64,000 bases of DNA, from positions 28,538,871-28,602,870 of the forward strand of contig NC_092676.1 in assembly GCF_964355755.1 (NCBI RefSeq). Direction: 5' to 3'. Both the position numbers and the translations under genes were made by a program. Of this stretch, positions 1 through 14,300 are shown piece after piece. The notes beneath the pieces are model-generated. The model was not told where the DNA came from, did no database searches, and saw nothing but the letters and a program-made list of their open reading frames with translations. Source of the DNA: Antedon mediterranea. Lineage: Eukaryota > Animalia > Echinodermata. How positions within the stretch are numbered: the first letter of the stretch is position 1; each line of letters opens with the position of its first letter.

Positions 1-99
1 CATAGAATCTGTATCTATCCTGAGTATAAACTACTCATGCACTCAACATTTTGTGTAAATGGTCCTAAGAAATAACATAGATTCTATATTTCACCATTA

Positions 100-694
100 T
101 TAGTTGGGTCCCCGGCAGGGGGGCCACTTTAAGGGGACACTTAGTTGGGTCCCAGGGGGCCACTTTAAGGGGACACTTAGTTGGGTCCCAGGGGGGCCAC
201 TTTAAGGGGACACTTAGTTGGGTCCCAGGGGGGCCACTTTAAGGGGGGACACTTAGTTGGGTCCCAGGGGGCCACTTTAAGGGGACACTTAGTTGGGTCC
301 CAGGGGGGCCACTTTAAGGGGACACTTAGTTGGGTCCCAGGGGGGCCACTTTAAGGGGGACACTTAGTTGGGTCCCAGGGGGTCCACTTTAAGGGGACAC
401 TTAGTTGGGTCCCAGGGGTCCACTTTAAGGGGACACTTAGTTGGGTCCCAGGGGGGCACTTTAAGGGGACACTTAGTTGGGTCCCAGGGGGGCCACTTTA
501 AGGGGAAACTTAGTTGGGTCCCAGGGGGGAGGGGCACTTTAAGGGGACACTTAGTTGGGTCTTTAAGGGGACACTTAGTTGGGTCCCAGGGGGCCCACTT
601 TAAGGGGGACACTTAGTTGGGTCCCAGGGGGGGCCACTTTAAGGGGGACACTTAGTTGGGTCCCAGGGGGGCCACTTTAATAGAGGTTCTACTG
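100..694. repeat. 33-35 bp minisatellite (ttagttgggtcccagggggccactttaaggggacac) ending in a Tc1/mariner-type terminus
   Basis: About 17 tandem copies, then taatagaggttctactg|ta. Confidence 0.9.
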
Positions 695-2077
695 TATGTA
701 TATATATATATTATGTTTTTTTTTCTTTGATATGAACATATGTTCACCAACACACAACACTCCTGTACTTTTGCTGTGATAACATCAGGGACATATCAAA
801 TATATTCCTCACTCAATCAACCCAACAACCTTAAGTGTTTGCTTTTAACATTTACCATACTTTAATCACAATCTAATTAATGCATATACAAGTGTACACA
901 ATTATAGTGTAATCAAAACCTATATGTAGGCTATAGTTTAAATATTTTGGTTAATCATCAACTTGTATAACAGCGGTGATAGAAAGCCTGGAAAAATATG
1001 TATGAAAAATATGCTGAGACAAAACTGTGCTGAATTCTTGCTAGGCCAGTGCATGTGATGGGTAAATGTACTTTTAGCAGCCAAAGACATACAGCACTAT
1101 AAATAGAACATTATGTTGAAGAACCTTCAACAAAATTACTATAATGACATTATCACATTTGTATATATTCTTAATTGAGATAATCAATATATTTGGATTT
1201 ACATTTTCTGTAAAATTAGTTGAATATAATTGATTAAACAAATTGTATTTGTATTTAAAAAACTTTAAATTGTTTAAAATATGTATTTTAGTATATGAAT
1301 CATGGAAAGGCAAATTACTGAAAATTGACAATGCTGTGGGTATCAGTGGCTGGATCTCAATTGAGTTACAAAATATAATAAGCATTGAAAATGACAATGC
1401 TGTGGGTATCACTGGCTCTCAATGGAGATACAAAATAAAATAAGCAAAAAGCTAAATCAAAACGATAAAGTAAAGCAGCCCGAAAAATTAGCAGAGCTTT
1501 CAGGCAACACTAGCTCTTCATCGGTGCAAGTACAGCTTGTAGTATGTACTTGTATTATATGTATACAATTGCATATGTATTGTATAAAATAAACAGTAAT
1601 GATTTACGATAGATACAAACTGTTTACAGTACAATATTTATTTTCAAACATTTAATTGTAATGGTATCACTTAAAATCTCCATTATATAATATGATAGCC
1701 AACGGAATATACATGTTTCTAAATCTATTTAATTGTTTAAAATGTATTTGTGTATTTGTGCTATTATTACTGATAAAATGATTTTGATGACTGTATTATG
1801 TTGAGCGCTGATGTCATTGGTAATATTTCACATATAGAACACTAAATTGTTACTTTTCACATATAATTTATCTATGAAAAAATAGCAAAAAATAAATAAC
1901 AAAATACAGAATATAGCTTAGGTTTACAGCAAGCTGTTTTTTTTTATAAATAAAGGTAATTTTCAAGCTTATTCTTGTTTATTTAGCTGTTCTCGATTGA
2001 AAACTTCTGGCCGTCATTGACTGAAGTTAACATATGCATTGTGGTTAATTTAATAAAAAGATAACACAATATATTAC

Positions 2078-2330
2078 CTATGAGGAGCCGACTTAGGAGT
2101 TGCGCCGGTACTGGAGCGTCCAGGACTTAACGAGTCACGGCTACTGCTATCAGTGACTGTAGAGTAGTCAATGAGTTCACCAGGTGAGCTTGTAGTATGC
2201 CGATGGTTAGGACTGGTCGGGCTGGGTGACGATTTACGACGGCTACTACCGCTACTAAATGTATCTGATGGATGGTTACGTACGGACATCCGCGAGGCGG
2301 ACTTTATGGCTTCATACACAGGATCAATTT
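2078..2330 (-). CDS. STAC-like exon, Ser/Pro/Arg-rich (EIDPVYEAIKSAS...KSAPH)
   Basis: Overlaps ORF 2074-2319; tctag/gtaata sites; CpG-rich coding composition. Confidence 0.85.
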
Positions 2331-5300
2331 CTAGACAAATAAACGAAAAACTAATTTAAATATAACTATTCTATGTTTCCTAAAAAGTATCACCTACAGA
2401 CAATGGGGTGACGGACAGGGCACTCAGTGAGTGAGTGGCCGAGTGGTTAAGACAGTGGAACCGTAATCACGTAGCCATAACATCGGCAGGGGTTCGAGGC
2501 TCACTCACTCCATGGTTCTGGTGGTAGAACGAGTCTTCTCGGATAAGGACTATAAACCGTAGGTCCAGTGTGCACAACTTGCTCGTGTGCACTTTAAAGA
2601 ACCTAGTACATCTTTCGAGATGAGTAGGGGGTTACCCCGGTGTATTAGTACATCACAGCCACTGATCACCAACTGGGCCCTCTGGGAGATCAGTCTTTGA
2701 CTGAAGAGGTTACCCAGTATAAAGATAAAACAAACAAGGCCCCTGGTTTAGCAGTACTAAGGACCCTCCAGTGGGGCGACGGACAGGGCAAAGGCCCCTG
2801 GTTTAGCAGTACTAAGGACCCTCCAGTGGGGTGACGGACAGGGCAAAGGCCCCTGGTTTAGCACTACTAAGGGCCCTCCAGTGGGGCGACGGACAGGGCA
2901 AAGGCCCCTGGTTTAGCACTACTAAGGGCCCTCCAAAGCTGGGCAGTTGCATTAGGCTGCTAATGCTCTGGGGCTCATTGAGCTCTGGGGTCTCTGGGTT
3001 TAGCCATTGAGCAACTATACCATATTAAACATAACAGCAAAGATGGAACACATTAAAGAGATAAATGCAGAAGAATGTTTTTACCAATACGTGGTGTTTC
3101 ATCCCGTGGTCCTTCTACTTCTGATGAACTTTTCTGTCTTCTCAACAGTTTTCGTTTTTCAGACTAAAGAACAACAAGATTTATTTAATTTCATTTCAGT
3201 GTCAGATGCTCATTGTTTGTTCTGTGCACAAATAAGTTTAGGAACAATTTAAAAAATTGTAGAAAAATTGAGATTTAGACACAAGAATTTACTTTGCTGC
3301 TTGCAGACTGTTCCATGGCTGTAGAGTATACAGAAATAAGAATGCCAAATATTATCAAAGAAAGTACATATTGAAATACAGTAGAAATTTGTTTTCGAAC
3401 ACCCTTATTAAGGGAACACCCTTATTAAGGGAACACCCTTATTAAGGGAACACCCTTATTAAGGGAACACCCTTATTAAGGGAACACCCTTATTAAGGGA
3501 ACACCCTTATTAAGGGAACACCCTTATTAAGGGAACACCCTTATTAAGGGAACACCCTTATTAAGGGAACACCCTTATTAAGGGAACACCCTTATTAAGG
3601 GAACACCTTTTCCATGACGAAACGATTGAGAGGGACAATTTTATATGCTTTAGGACTACAGTCAACACTTATTCAGGGGACACCTTCATTAAAGGGACAA
3701 TTTGTCTTGTCACCACTTAATTGAGTTCTAATGTAAATACAACTGACTAGTGACCCCTCTCATGATCTGGGTTCACCTCAGTGTAGCTACAGTACTCATT
3801 CCATTATAATAAACCTGAAAATCTTCCTAAACCTAACGGCAACGATAGAACACAATAATCTGCGCTTTATAGTCCCACGCATTCTGTGTATGACTTGGTT
3901 GCAACGTGCCTTATCTAAAGCTTGTAATGATGCTGCGTGAGACCACATGCTATTACAGGCTTTAAAGGACATCATTTCTTCTACAAAAGCCAATTAAATT
4001 TGAAGGCGTTATAGAAGCACACATACATTTCTTATATTTTAAATGTGTGATTAGTGAGTAGTATGTATGCAGTCGAGTGCATACCTTTCAAAGAAATGAA
4101 AATATTAACATTTTTTTAGGAAATAATTTTAAATTTCTAAAACCAAAATTTCTAATTTGAGTTGTGTACCTTACAACATATTAGCTTGTTTTGTAGCACA
4201 TTTAACAAAGTGACCTTTAAGTGACCTGGATGACCTATGGGCCATGATCCATAGATTAAAGTTAAAAAATATAGTTTTGAATCAATACAAAGTTCTTCTA
4301 AAACCACAACTGTAGTTCTGCAGAATTTGTTATCTACCTTTTAAAATATAAAACAAATTATTCGGGAAGAAGGTGTAATATAATATATTTCAGAATATTT
4401 TGTGTATTTTATCACAAAATGGTGGTTTTGAATTTCAACAACTGTTGACCTAGGATATATACATTGATATGTCATCGGTCGTAATCTAGGCCTAGAAAAT
4501 GAGTAGATAACCTAACTTATTCCTACATTGTCATGAATCGAAGCTCTCTAATGATATAAATAAATAATAATATAAATAAAGGAACTGAATGATGTATTGT
4601 ATGAACAAGTTAGAATCAGAGCCTGCAACGTGGTAATCTAAACAACACGCACATGCAACTTGTACACGTCTTTTTAAACTTTTAACCTAAACACATCGTT
4701 TCCGGACACAGACAATCAATTATGCATGTCGTATTGTCTGGAACAACATGTTTGATTCTCGTATTTTCTTGTATTTGATTTGAAATTATTTATTTAGGTA
4801 CTCGAATTGTCAAAAGTAACCACCTTATGGTTTATCACAGATTAAACTGGTTTGTATATAAAGCAATGCAAGTAATTGTGTTAGAATAATATTATTATTT
4901 TTAGAATATTTCTGAGCAATATCCATAAAACAGATTTGTAGATGGATCAATTTTCAGGCACCAACTGAGAGTTAGAGAGCTATATTGAAAATGTTTTGGT
5001 TACATAAGAATATGGTGAAAACAATCAACGGGAGATTTATAATGAAAAAAACGGACGAATCATCGTGAAAGCAAACAACAAAATGATTTATGGTGAAAAT
5101 AGCCGGGAGATTTCTACACGTGGCTACGACACAAACAGAGCATACTGATTAAGCAAACAAACCCGCTAAGCACGAATACAGTGCTGAAATAAAAAACAAA
5201 GAAAATTAATGTTCTGGAATTAAAAATTGTTTTTTTTTATTTATTGTTCAAAATATTTATCAGCTTATAAAACTAAGGTGTTCATTTGAGAATGAATTTG

Positions 5301-8300
5301 GTAGTCAGTAAAATTTGGTAGTCAATAAAAAAAGCTTTTAAACCTAATGAATTTGGTAGTCAGTAAAATAAGCTTATAAAACTAATGAATTTGGTAGTCA
5401 GTAAAATTCGAAGCCAAACATGGACATTTTATGCAAATGAGTTTGTCACAGAATCTGTAAACTCAAAATGCCGTGTTACCATCAGGTAAAAGTTACGCAT
5501 TTCTTTGTGATTACACAAATGTATTATATTTTATTTGTGTCTATTTTTTTTTAAACACCCATAACTTGCATGTGTATGTAATTTGTACACATCCAAAAAG
5601 TCATCATCTATCAATCTTACGAGTACATTCCAGAAGATTAATTCCCTGCATGCAACGAATCTTAATGGATGAATAACGAGACGTATAAAATAGGATGTTA
5701 GACATATAATTGAACGCTACCCAGGATTTCTTTTCTCCATCGGTTTCCACTTCCGAGAGACTAGAGTGTTTGCGAAACAGCTTAAATTTCTGCCGATGCT
5801 CTTGCTAAATTTATAGGAAATGAAAAAATGATTAATGAAAAAGGAAAAAGGGTTAAAATGATACATGAACGATAATACTAATAAATTATAAATATCTATA
5901 AATCTAAAGTCTACAACAAAATATTGAAGTTTGTAACCACAAAAGGGAGATATTAATATTAGGGGAACGTGTACAACAAACATCAAGCTGAAGCTACAAT
6001 GAGAAATACGTCTTCTAAATGGAGTTAGTATTACATATATAATCAGTGGCTACACCCATATACTGCAAGACAAATTACTGGGTGGGCCCATTTATGAAAT
6101 GGTATTAATGGGCAAAAAAAATTAGGAACAGCACCCTCTATCCAACAAAATCGGATGAAGGTCCCAAAAAAATTAATGCACTTCCAAACAACCTAAAAAT
6201 TATATTTATAATAATTATTATATAAATAATATACTTTAAAAGTTTTAAGTTCAAATACACGAATACCTTGTGTCTGCCATTATTAATAAGTTAAATGTTT
6301 TTAATTTGGTAAACTATTTCATTTCACTGAATATAATAACTCTCTTTCTCCCTTTCCAACACCATCTGTCTACCTACACACCACATAACAATGGTGCATT
6401 CTCGAATTGATATCATTTTTCTCAATCAATGTGATGACAGTGACCTACCGGTGGCGCTCCACGGCACGCAGGCACTATTTGTTGGCATTTGTGATGAATA
6501 GAAACTTTACACAGTTTGCACCTCAGCCCTTGCTTGATCAACCCTGTAAAACAAATAGTTCATTACTAATTAGGAGAAAATGACAAAATCAGCACTGGTC
6601 ATTAAAGCTATCATGTTTTACAGTAGGCAAAACAATATAGAGTATCTTGTATTAATGGCCCATTGGGACCACTAAAGAATTTCCATCTGATAAAACCACA
6701 TAAAACTCCTAGAAAGTAGGCAGCCTTTTGCCATTTCCCAATCCACCCCTTGCCTGTTATCAATATACTGTTCTTTTTTTTATATTAAATTCATAGCATC
6801 ACTATTACATACAGTACGTTTATTTCATTTATATCGTCTCCATAAAATGTTTCAAACAAATCGTGTTACCTCTCAAAAGCCCACGGCACTGATCACAAAA
6901 CGTTGGCTTCTTAAAGTTATAATCTTGGAAAATGTGCTGTCTGCCACCTTTTTCGAGTAACTCGGCAACTGAATCTTTCGATTCCGCTAGAGCACGCTCA
7001 AAAGAGCTTCTTTTCAATTTCAGATCGTCTGTTTCTACATCTTTCTTCATCCCATCTTCCTTCTTTCGAATTTCAACATCTTTATCAGTTTTTTTCACAT
7101 CGTTTTCTTTTTTCTCCATATCTCTTTTTACGCTAAAACTGCTACGTCTTTCTGATTCCTTTTTCATGCCGATGCTTCCCCGTCTTACGCCGTAATCAAT
7201 TTGTCCATTCACATCTTTTCTTCCTTCATCAACTTCATTGCGTGATTTCTCTGTGTCTCGTGTACTGCGCCCTCCATTCTCCCTCTTGACGTGTTGATAA
7301 TCGTCTTGTAGGTCGCGATTTGTAAAGTCCTCAACTTCTTTGCACGTCACCTCAAATTCTTTTCGTATGAGGTCATCCTGCATCTTACTTATATGGTTGG
7401 AGCTTTTGCGAACGTAGTCATTTTTTGGGAACCCATTTATTGTCTTCACTCCATTTCCATCAGAAAACAGTTCCAACTGTGAAAGTAAATACATTTATTA
7501 AAACCTATATAGCGCTGTTGGTTTTGATTAAATAAAATTTAAAAAAATAAAATATTTAGTTCTTTCTAAAACTCTATCTACTATCAAACTAGTTTGACAA
7601 ACGTCTGATGTGCCCAAATATGGTAGTGATATGCCCAAATATGGTAGTGATATGCCCAAATATGGTAGTGATATTACATAATTATGCATCCATATATGGG
7701 CACATCACATTTTTTTTGTCACATGAAGTTTGATAGTGTTTTCTCAAATTAGTCTTGATTACTTTGCAGGCTGTACCACTGCCTACAAACTAATGTATCA
7801 ATGACAGGATTTTAACTACAGACCCTGGGATTTGAAGTAGTAGTAAAAACAACCCAACCACAGGGGCACGTACTCACCTATATTTCAATAATTGAATCAT
7901 ATAATATTCATAGTAAAAATGTTGTTAAGAAAAAAATCTTATTTTAGTTATAAAATATAATTAATAATAATTCAAGAAAAATATGGTAGTATGACAAGAC
8001 TTTAACCATCTTGTTAACAACCTACATACAGTACCATGATGCCACTACTTAATGTAAATTATATTCAATTCTAATAACATTAAAGATGTATTGTCCCCCA
8101 ACAATGAATGAAAAATGAAGATTAATTACACTAAAAACTATTGTCTGACATACAGTTACAGCATGTACATACATACAGTATGTTTTGATTAAAATTACAT
8201 TTTTTTCAGGAAAATAATTTGTTTTTTTCGATCCAGTTTTTGGTCAAAGCGAATAACTCTTATGTGACATTAAAATGGCAAATTAAAAAAAAAAATTAAA

Positions 8301-11300
8301 TTTTACATGAATAAAATGGCATGTTTCCTTTATGCAATAATTCAAGACAGCATTAATTCTGCATAACAGAAAGCCTTGGGCTAAAGCAATTCTGTCTCGT
8401 TTAATCTATCCTTACCCTGTATTAAAACTGAATATGGACCGACCATATAATTGCACATAGGGAATTAATTTATAGTAAATTAAGATGTAAGGATAGCTAT
8501 CGTACGTAGCGTTCAATTTGCGATTGGAGTTTGTCGAGATTGTTGAACACTTCTAATGAGGTGATTAAAGAAGTTGCACAAACTCAGAGTGTGTTAACGA
8601 CGCTCTGCATACTATCAGATATTTGGACCTACTGTAGGGTTAACCTAAAGTTTCCCTCTCCCTAGAATCAATCAACAGTGCAGAAAAAAATCTCTATGTA
8701 ACAAATATATAACAATTACAGATAACAAAGAAACAATAAGCAAAGCCTCTTGAATCAACCTTATTTTGCAGGTGACGTAGATTTTTTCATCTATACCTAC
8801 TAATATTTTTATTTTTAAAAGCATTTGTTTCTCTAGTTGTATAAAAAGTCATATATGATTAATTTATACATTATTATATACCTCTCACTTGCATAAGCCT
8901 GTGGCATTTACCAATCTAATTGTTCTATTTGATAATTAATAAAAGATTTAACGTGAGCGAGAAAGATAAAGACAACGTATGCATTAATAAAATTGAGAAA
9001 ACCAATGACAGCAATGACGAAAGCACATAACAGGTGACAGAATGCTTGAATAAGCTACCGGTAATTACGTAAATAATGCGTCAACGTAAATGCATTGTCT
9101 AGTACTTCTGCTAAAATTAGCTGGCGACATTTGACATTTAAATGTATTATACTGTTTGGTTGTTGTGAGTGCTTGCATCCTGTGAAATCACAGTGCAGTA
9201 TTTATGAGTGGTTATTGCTATTATAGCCACACTTATCACCCAATTCTCTGTACTGTATCTCAACATATTGCATGATGCACCCAGTATCATGGCAAATTCT
9301 ATAACACATTGTCACATGCATCATAAATTGGTCATTGTAATATGTTAATTTATCACTCACCTAATTCTGTGTACTGTATCTCCCCATGCATTACATGTGA
9401 TGCCTGTATTTAATGTTAAGGTTGGGATAGGCTTATGGCCTATGATACAGGCATCACATGTGATATTATGTGACACTGTATTACACAGTATGCTTATGAT
9501 ACTGGAGAAATTATAGATACAGATACCTACTGAATCACCTTGGAAATAAATGCTTGCACTGAAAGCGTCATTCAGTATAAAGACAGAATAAATAAATACA
9601 TGATGACTTATGTCATTTTTAAAGAAAGTATTCTTAAACATACCTGAGTCTGTTTTGTCTTGATGATCATTTGAATTTTACGCATTTCATGTCGGACTTT
9701 ATAGATATCCGTCTGATACTCACTGCTTCGTTTGATTATATTTGATCCTCTTCTGGTATTGCTGGTTTAAAAACGAAAGAAATAGCAATTACATTCAAAT
9801 TGAAGATTTTTGGACCTTAACAAATATTTTTTATTATGAATCGTCAAAGACTTATAATATATTAAAGATATTGAGACAACTGTATTTCCAGAAGGTGTAC
9901 AAAACGGCCACTGAAGTGGAGAGAATAAGTCAAAGAAGAGTAGGATTAAACAGTAGAAGGAGATTTAAATCATACGGTTATTGACTTTGAATGTAGCTAG
10001 AAAAAGTACAAAGATAATGTAAAGCTCTGTCTACACTGTCAAACTTTATGTGACAAAAAAATGTGATGTATCATATCACTACCATATTTGGGAATATCAC
10101 TACCATATTTGGGAATATCACTACCATATTTGGGAATATCACACTTTTTTTTGTCAAACTAGTTTGATAGAGTAGACAGAGCTTAAAGGTTTATAAGGAC
10201 ATTGATGCTATGCATTATTATATAATAAAGCTTTTTTTTAATATTCAAACTTAACCGCAAACTTAAAAAAAGAAATTTCTCTTAACCTTCCAGAGTAATT
10301 ATAATGATGTCGCTGATTTACAATTATACTCTAAGAACATTGAGAAATCTCAGTTTTACAAAACTGAATTAAATACAAAAAGCTATTTAATAGTATAATG
10401 ATGCTTTAGATGTTACAAGTCCCCAGTACATTACTCTGATCATACTAGCAATACTGTAATTGCTTAAAACTCTTTTAATCTAGCCTTAATGTTTGCTAAT
10501 GAATACAGTCATTAAAGTGTTTTTATTTTTAAAAAAACCAATTTTATTTTTGAATAAATCAATTTGATAAATTGATAAAATATGAAAAAAAGTAACAAGT
10601 ACAGTAGTACGTCAGAATTCTAGAATCTTAAGATCTTGCTCTCCACGCAACAACTTGATCACAACAAAATAAAAATATAATTTATTAATATAAATTAATT
10701 ATTCAGAATATATTACCAGGTTGTTCAGAGTTTTCTATGGTTACATTTACAGTAATAATTTATTAAATTATGAACCGATTTTTCAAATCACATTTTTTCT
10801 GGTCCTTACTTAAAAATAATAAGCTTATACTTAGACCAAAGACGAGAATAGAGGTCTTTAATTGGAGGGATGCTGCACAGAACTATTTTACATGGTCCCT
10901 GAAAAGCGAGTAACACTTTCATGAAAGTGTGAAAACTACCCATGTATATCTAATTACATATACCAAACAAGGATATTCAATGATGCGAAACACATATTAC
11001 TTTTCAAAATGCTGTTATAACTGGATTTGTTTATTTCGCAAATAAAAAAAATAAAATAATGATATAATATATTCATAGAATCAACTTAAAAAATAATTTT
11101 TTCCAACAAAGGTTTACGTAAATGTTGTGTTTTAAAAACGGAGAAACTTACACACTCTCTAATAGTATAGATATATTATTTGTTACCTCCAACAAATTGT
11201 ATGTTAATGTACTTTAAAAACATTAATGTGATAATCAAACTGAAATATATGACTACAAATTGACAAACAGTAGTACATCTAAAGGGCAACAAACACAGCG

Positions 11301-14300
11301 AGTCATCTCGTCGGGAGAAAATAAAACATTTTTAATGTTCTCCCGACGACCTAAAAACTACGGTGGACGCTATCTTAAGGCGACTCGTCTAGTCGGGATT
11401 CAACTTAGACAGCACCGACAAGTCTGTTTCATCGGGCCTTTTCGTTTGATGCTGTCTGAGTTGGCCTTTATATTATATAATTCAATGAAGAGTACAATTT
11501 ATATAAGCTTCTTGTACACTATATTAGATGTTTAATAAGATTTAATATACAATTTCTGAGAAATTTGATACCACTACTCATAATTTCTGTGCTAATTATG
11601 ATTAATATCAAAATTACAATGCTGAAATTTTTTGTTATGTAAATATTTCATTATTTGTATATATACTTTTTTTATTAAGCTCTGTCTACACTATCAAACT
11701 AGTTGGACAAAAAAAGTGTGATGTGCCCAAATATGATAGAGATATACCCAAATATGGTATGGATATGACATCACCATGTCCATATATGGGTACATCACAT
11801 TTGTTTGTCACATAAAGTTTGATAGTGTAGTTAGAGCTTTAGATTTTTAATAACCAAATTTATCACAAATACATTTAGACTTTTCAAATAATTTAAACCT
11901 AAATATGTTATAATAAATTAAATTTTGAAAATCGAACTATATTAAATATCAATGTGCGTGCAAGCCATTTATTTTTTTATATTAGATATAAAATTTATTT
12001 AAAATCCCTAATGTCTTTGCCTTTACCAATTATGCTAAATTTACATTGTGATGTCGTTTGTTAAACTTTGTAATTGTAATGACAATGTTTCAATTTGAAA
12101 TTGTATAATTAAACAGTAAATTCATACTCTATAGTATTTATGCCTTGATGGGTTTTACTCCCATCTGAGTGCGTCTGAAATGCTTATTATAACAAGCTGC
12201 AGTAAACAATTATAATACTAAAGTATGATGAACGCTTAGTTTTAAGCATCTAGTAACAAACACTATCAGTGTGTTGGAAAGATGGTTTAACTTGACAACA
12301 ATTATAAACAAAATCTAATGAACAATTATAAATATGATTATTGTTAAAGATGTATTGTCCCTTGAAACACAAAAAAATATTCTAAATTTTAAGTGGCCAT
12401 ATCAAAGTAATATTAAAGTTATTCACTTTAAGTCGAAAACTTGAGCCAAAAACAACAAGTTTACGTAATTAACAGGTAAATTAGTTTGATTACATTTCAT
12501 CTGGAAAATCGTCACGAGCGAAAGTAAACAAAGATTTCAAACCATGAGTACGCATTATGCATATGCTAAATTAGGATTGTTTACAACTCGTCACGGTTAA
12601 GAAGGTATTTTGACACAGATCATGAGGAAGTTTTATGACTATGCATACAGAGTAGCCAAACAAGCGCGTTTGGGATATGTTTTGATTGAAAACTTTGACT
12701 TAAACATCTGTATTTCAGTTAAATTATTTTGTTCTCGAAAAATTGTTGGTGATAGTTAATAACTATTATGATACTTCAAAATGACCCACCTTTTTTCGAA
12801 ATCTTTTATTTTTTATTTTTTTGGAATTAGTCAAAGGGACAATACATCTTTAAGCTCTGTCTACACTATCAAATGTTATGTGACAACAAAATGTGATGTG
12901 CCATATAGACATGATGATGTCATATAACTACCCTATTTATGCACACTTTTTTTGTCAAACTAGTTTGATAGTGTAGACAGAGCTTTAGATTAAATAAAGC
13001 AATTCTTACCTGTCACAATAACGTTTCTGTTTGTTTAACTTATCATTTAATTCACTTAGTTCATTTTCAAGATCATCAATCTAATATAGAAAGGAAAAAA
13101 ACACCATATTATTATTTTAATTTTTATTGTTTTTGTTGATCATTTCATCATTTGATTTGAATATTATTTTTATCAAAGACAGCTTAAATGATTATCCTAT
13201 AGTTCTTATAACGAAATTTTTCTAATTTATTTTGTTTTATGCAAGAAAAATTCATGCTTATATATTTATCATCGATCATTATCATCCTAGTGTAAATGGG
13301 CCTTTAAGGTGAGAAGAGGTCATCAAATATTAAGCATCTGTTTTTGGTCACAAAAGATATTACCCTTTCTATACAATATCATTTATATTAATTTTTAGTA
13401 ATCACTAATAAATAATAACTCGAATTTTAAAATCATTTCCAGCATATTGACCTTTTAAATTCAGTTTATTGTAAATGTCAGTGCATAATAATACAATATT
13501 TGAAATTAAATATTAAGGCACACAATTACTGTAATGATTATATTTAAAGGTCAGCAGTGAGTAAATGTCACAGCATACATGTTTATTATGACAACAAACA
13601 CATTTTAAAATAATATCAACTGACGACGTTTGTATTTAAAGCTCTGTCTACACTATCAAACTAGTTTGACAAACAAAGTGTGATGTGCTATGACATCATC
13701 ATGTCCATATATGGGCACATCACATTTTTTTGTCACATAAAGTTTGATAGTGTAGACAGAGCTTTATAATGTACACACTTTAAGCTCTGTCTACACTATC
13801 AAACTAGTTTTAAAAAGTATGACCAAATATGGCAGTGATATACCCAAATATGGTAGTGATATGACATCATCATGTCCATATATGGGTACATCACATACTT
13901 TTTTGTCACATCAAGTTTGATAGTGTGACCTTTAGATACCCATGTTTCCCAGGGTAGGCTGAGAAGGCAGGAAAGATAAATTAAGTAGAAAAGGATAGGA
14001 AATAAGTGGAAGAAAAATGAAGAAATAGAGAGCGAAGGAATACAAAGTAAATGAGAAAGATATAAAAAAGTAAAAATAGAAGGAATGGATGGCCAAACAA
14101 AACCTAAATATAAAGGTCTCTATAAAGCCATATTGTTACAGAAGATTACTGTAAATATTACATTATAAATGAAGGAGACTAAGCTGCCATGACGATGATA
14201 GGATTTAAAATCAAGAGATGATACAATCTACTGTTATTATAATAAAGTACAACCACTCCTTTGCCCTCCCCCCACCCTATTTGTAATAAATGAGGGGCCA

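Noticed and set aside
1305-1430. Dispersed repeat (caaaggcaaattactgaaaa...gacaatgctgtgggtat), also near 46865-46935, 47595-47640 and 57375-57415
   Set aside because: It is real, but no termini or class could be defined, so it is not listed as a feature.
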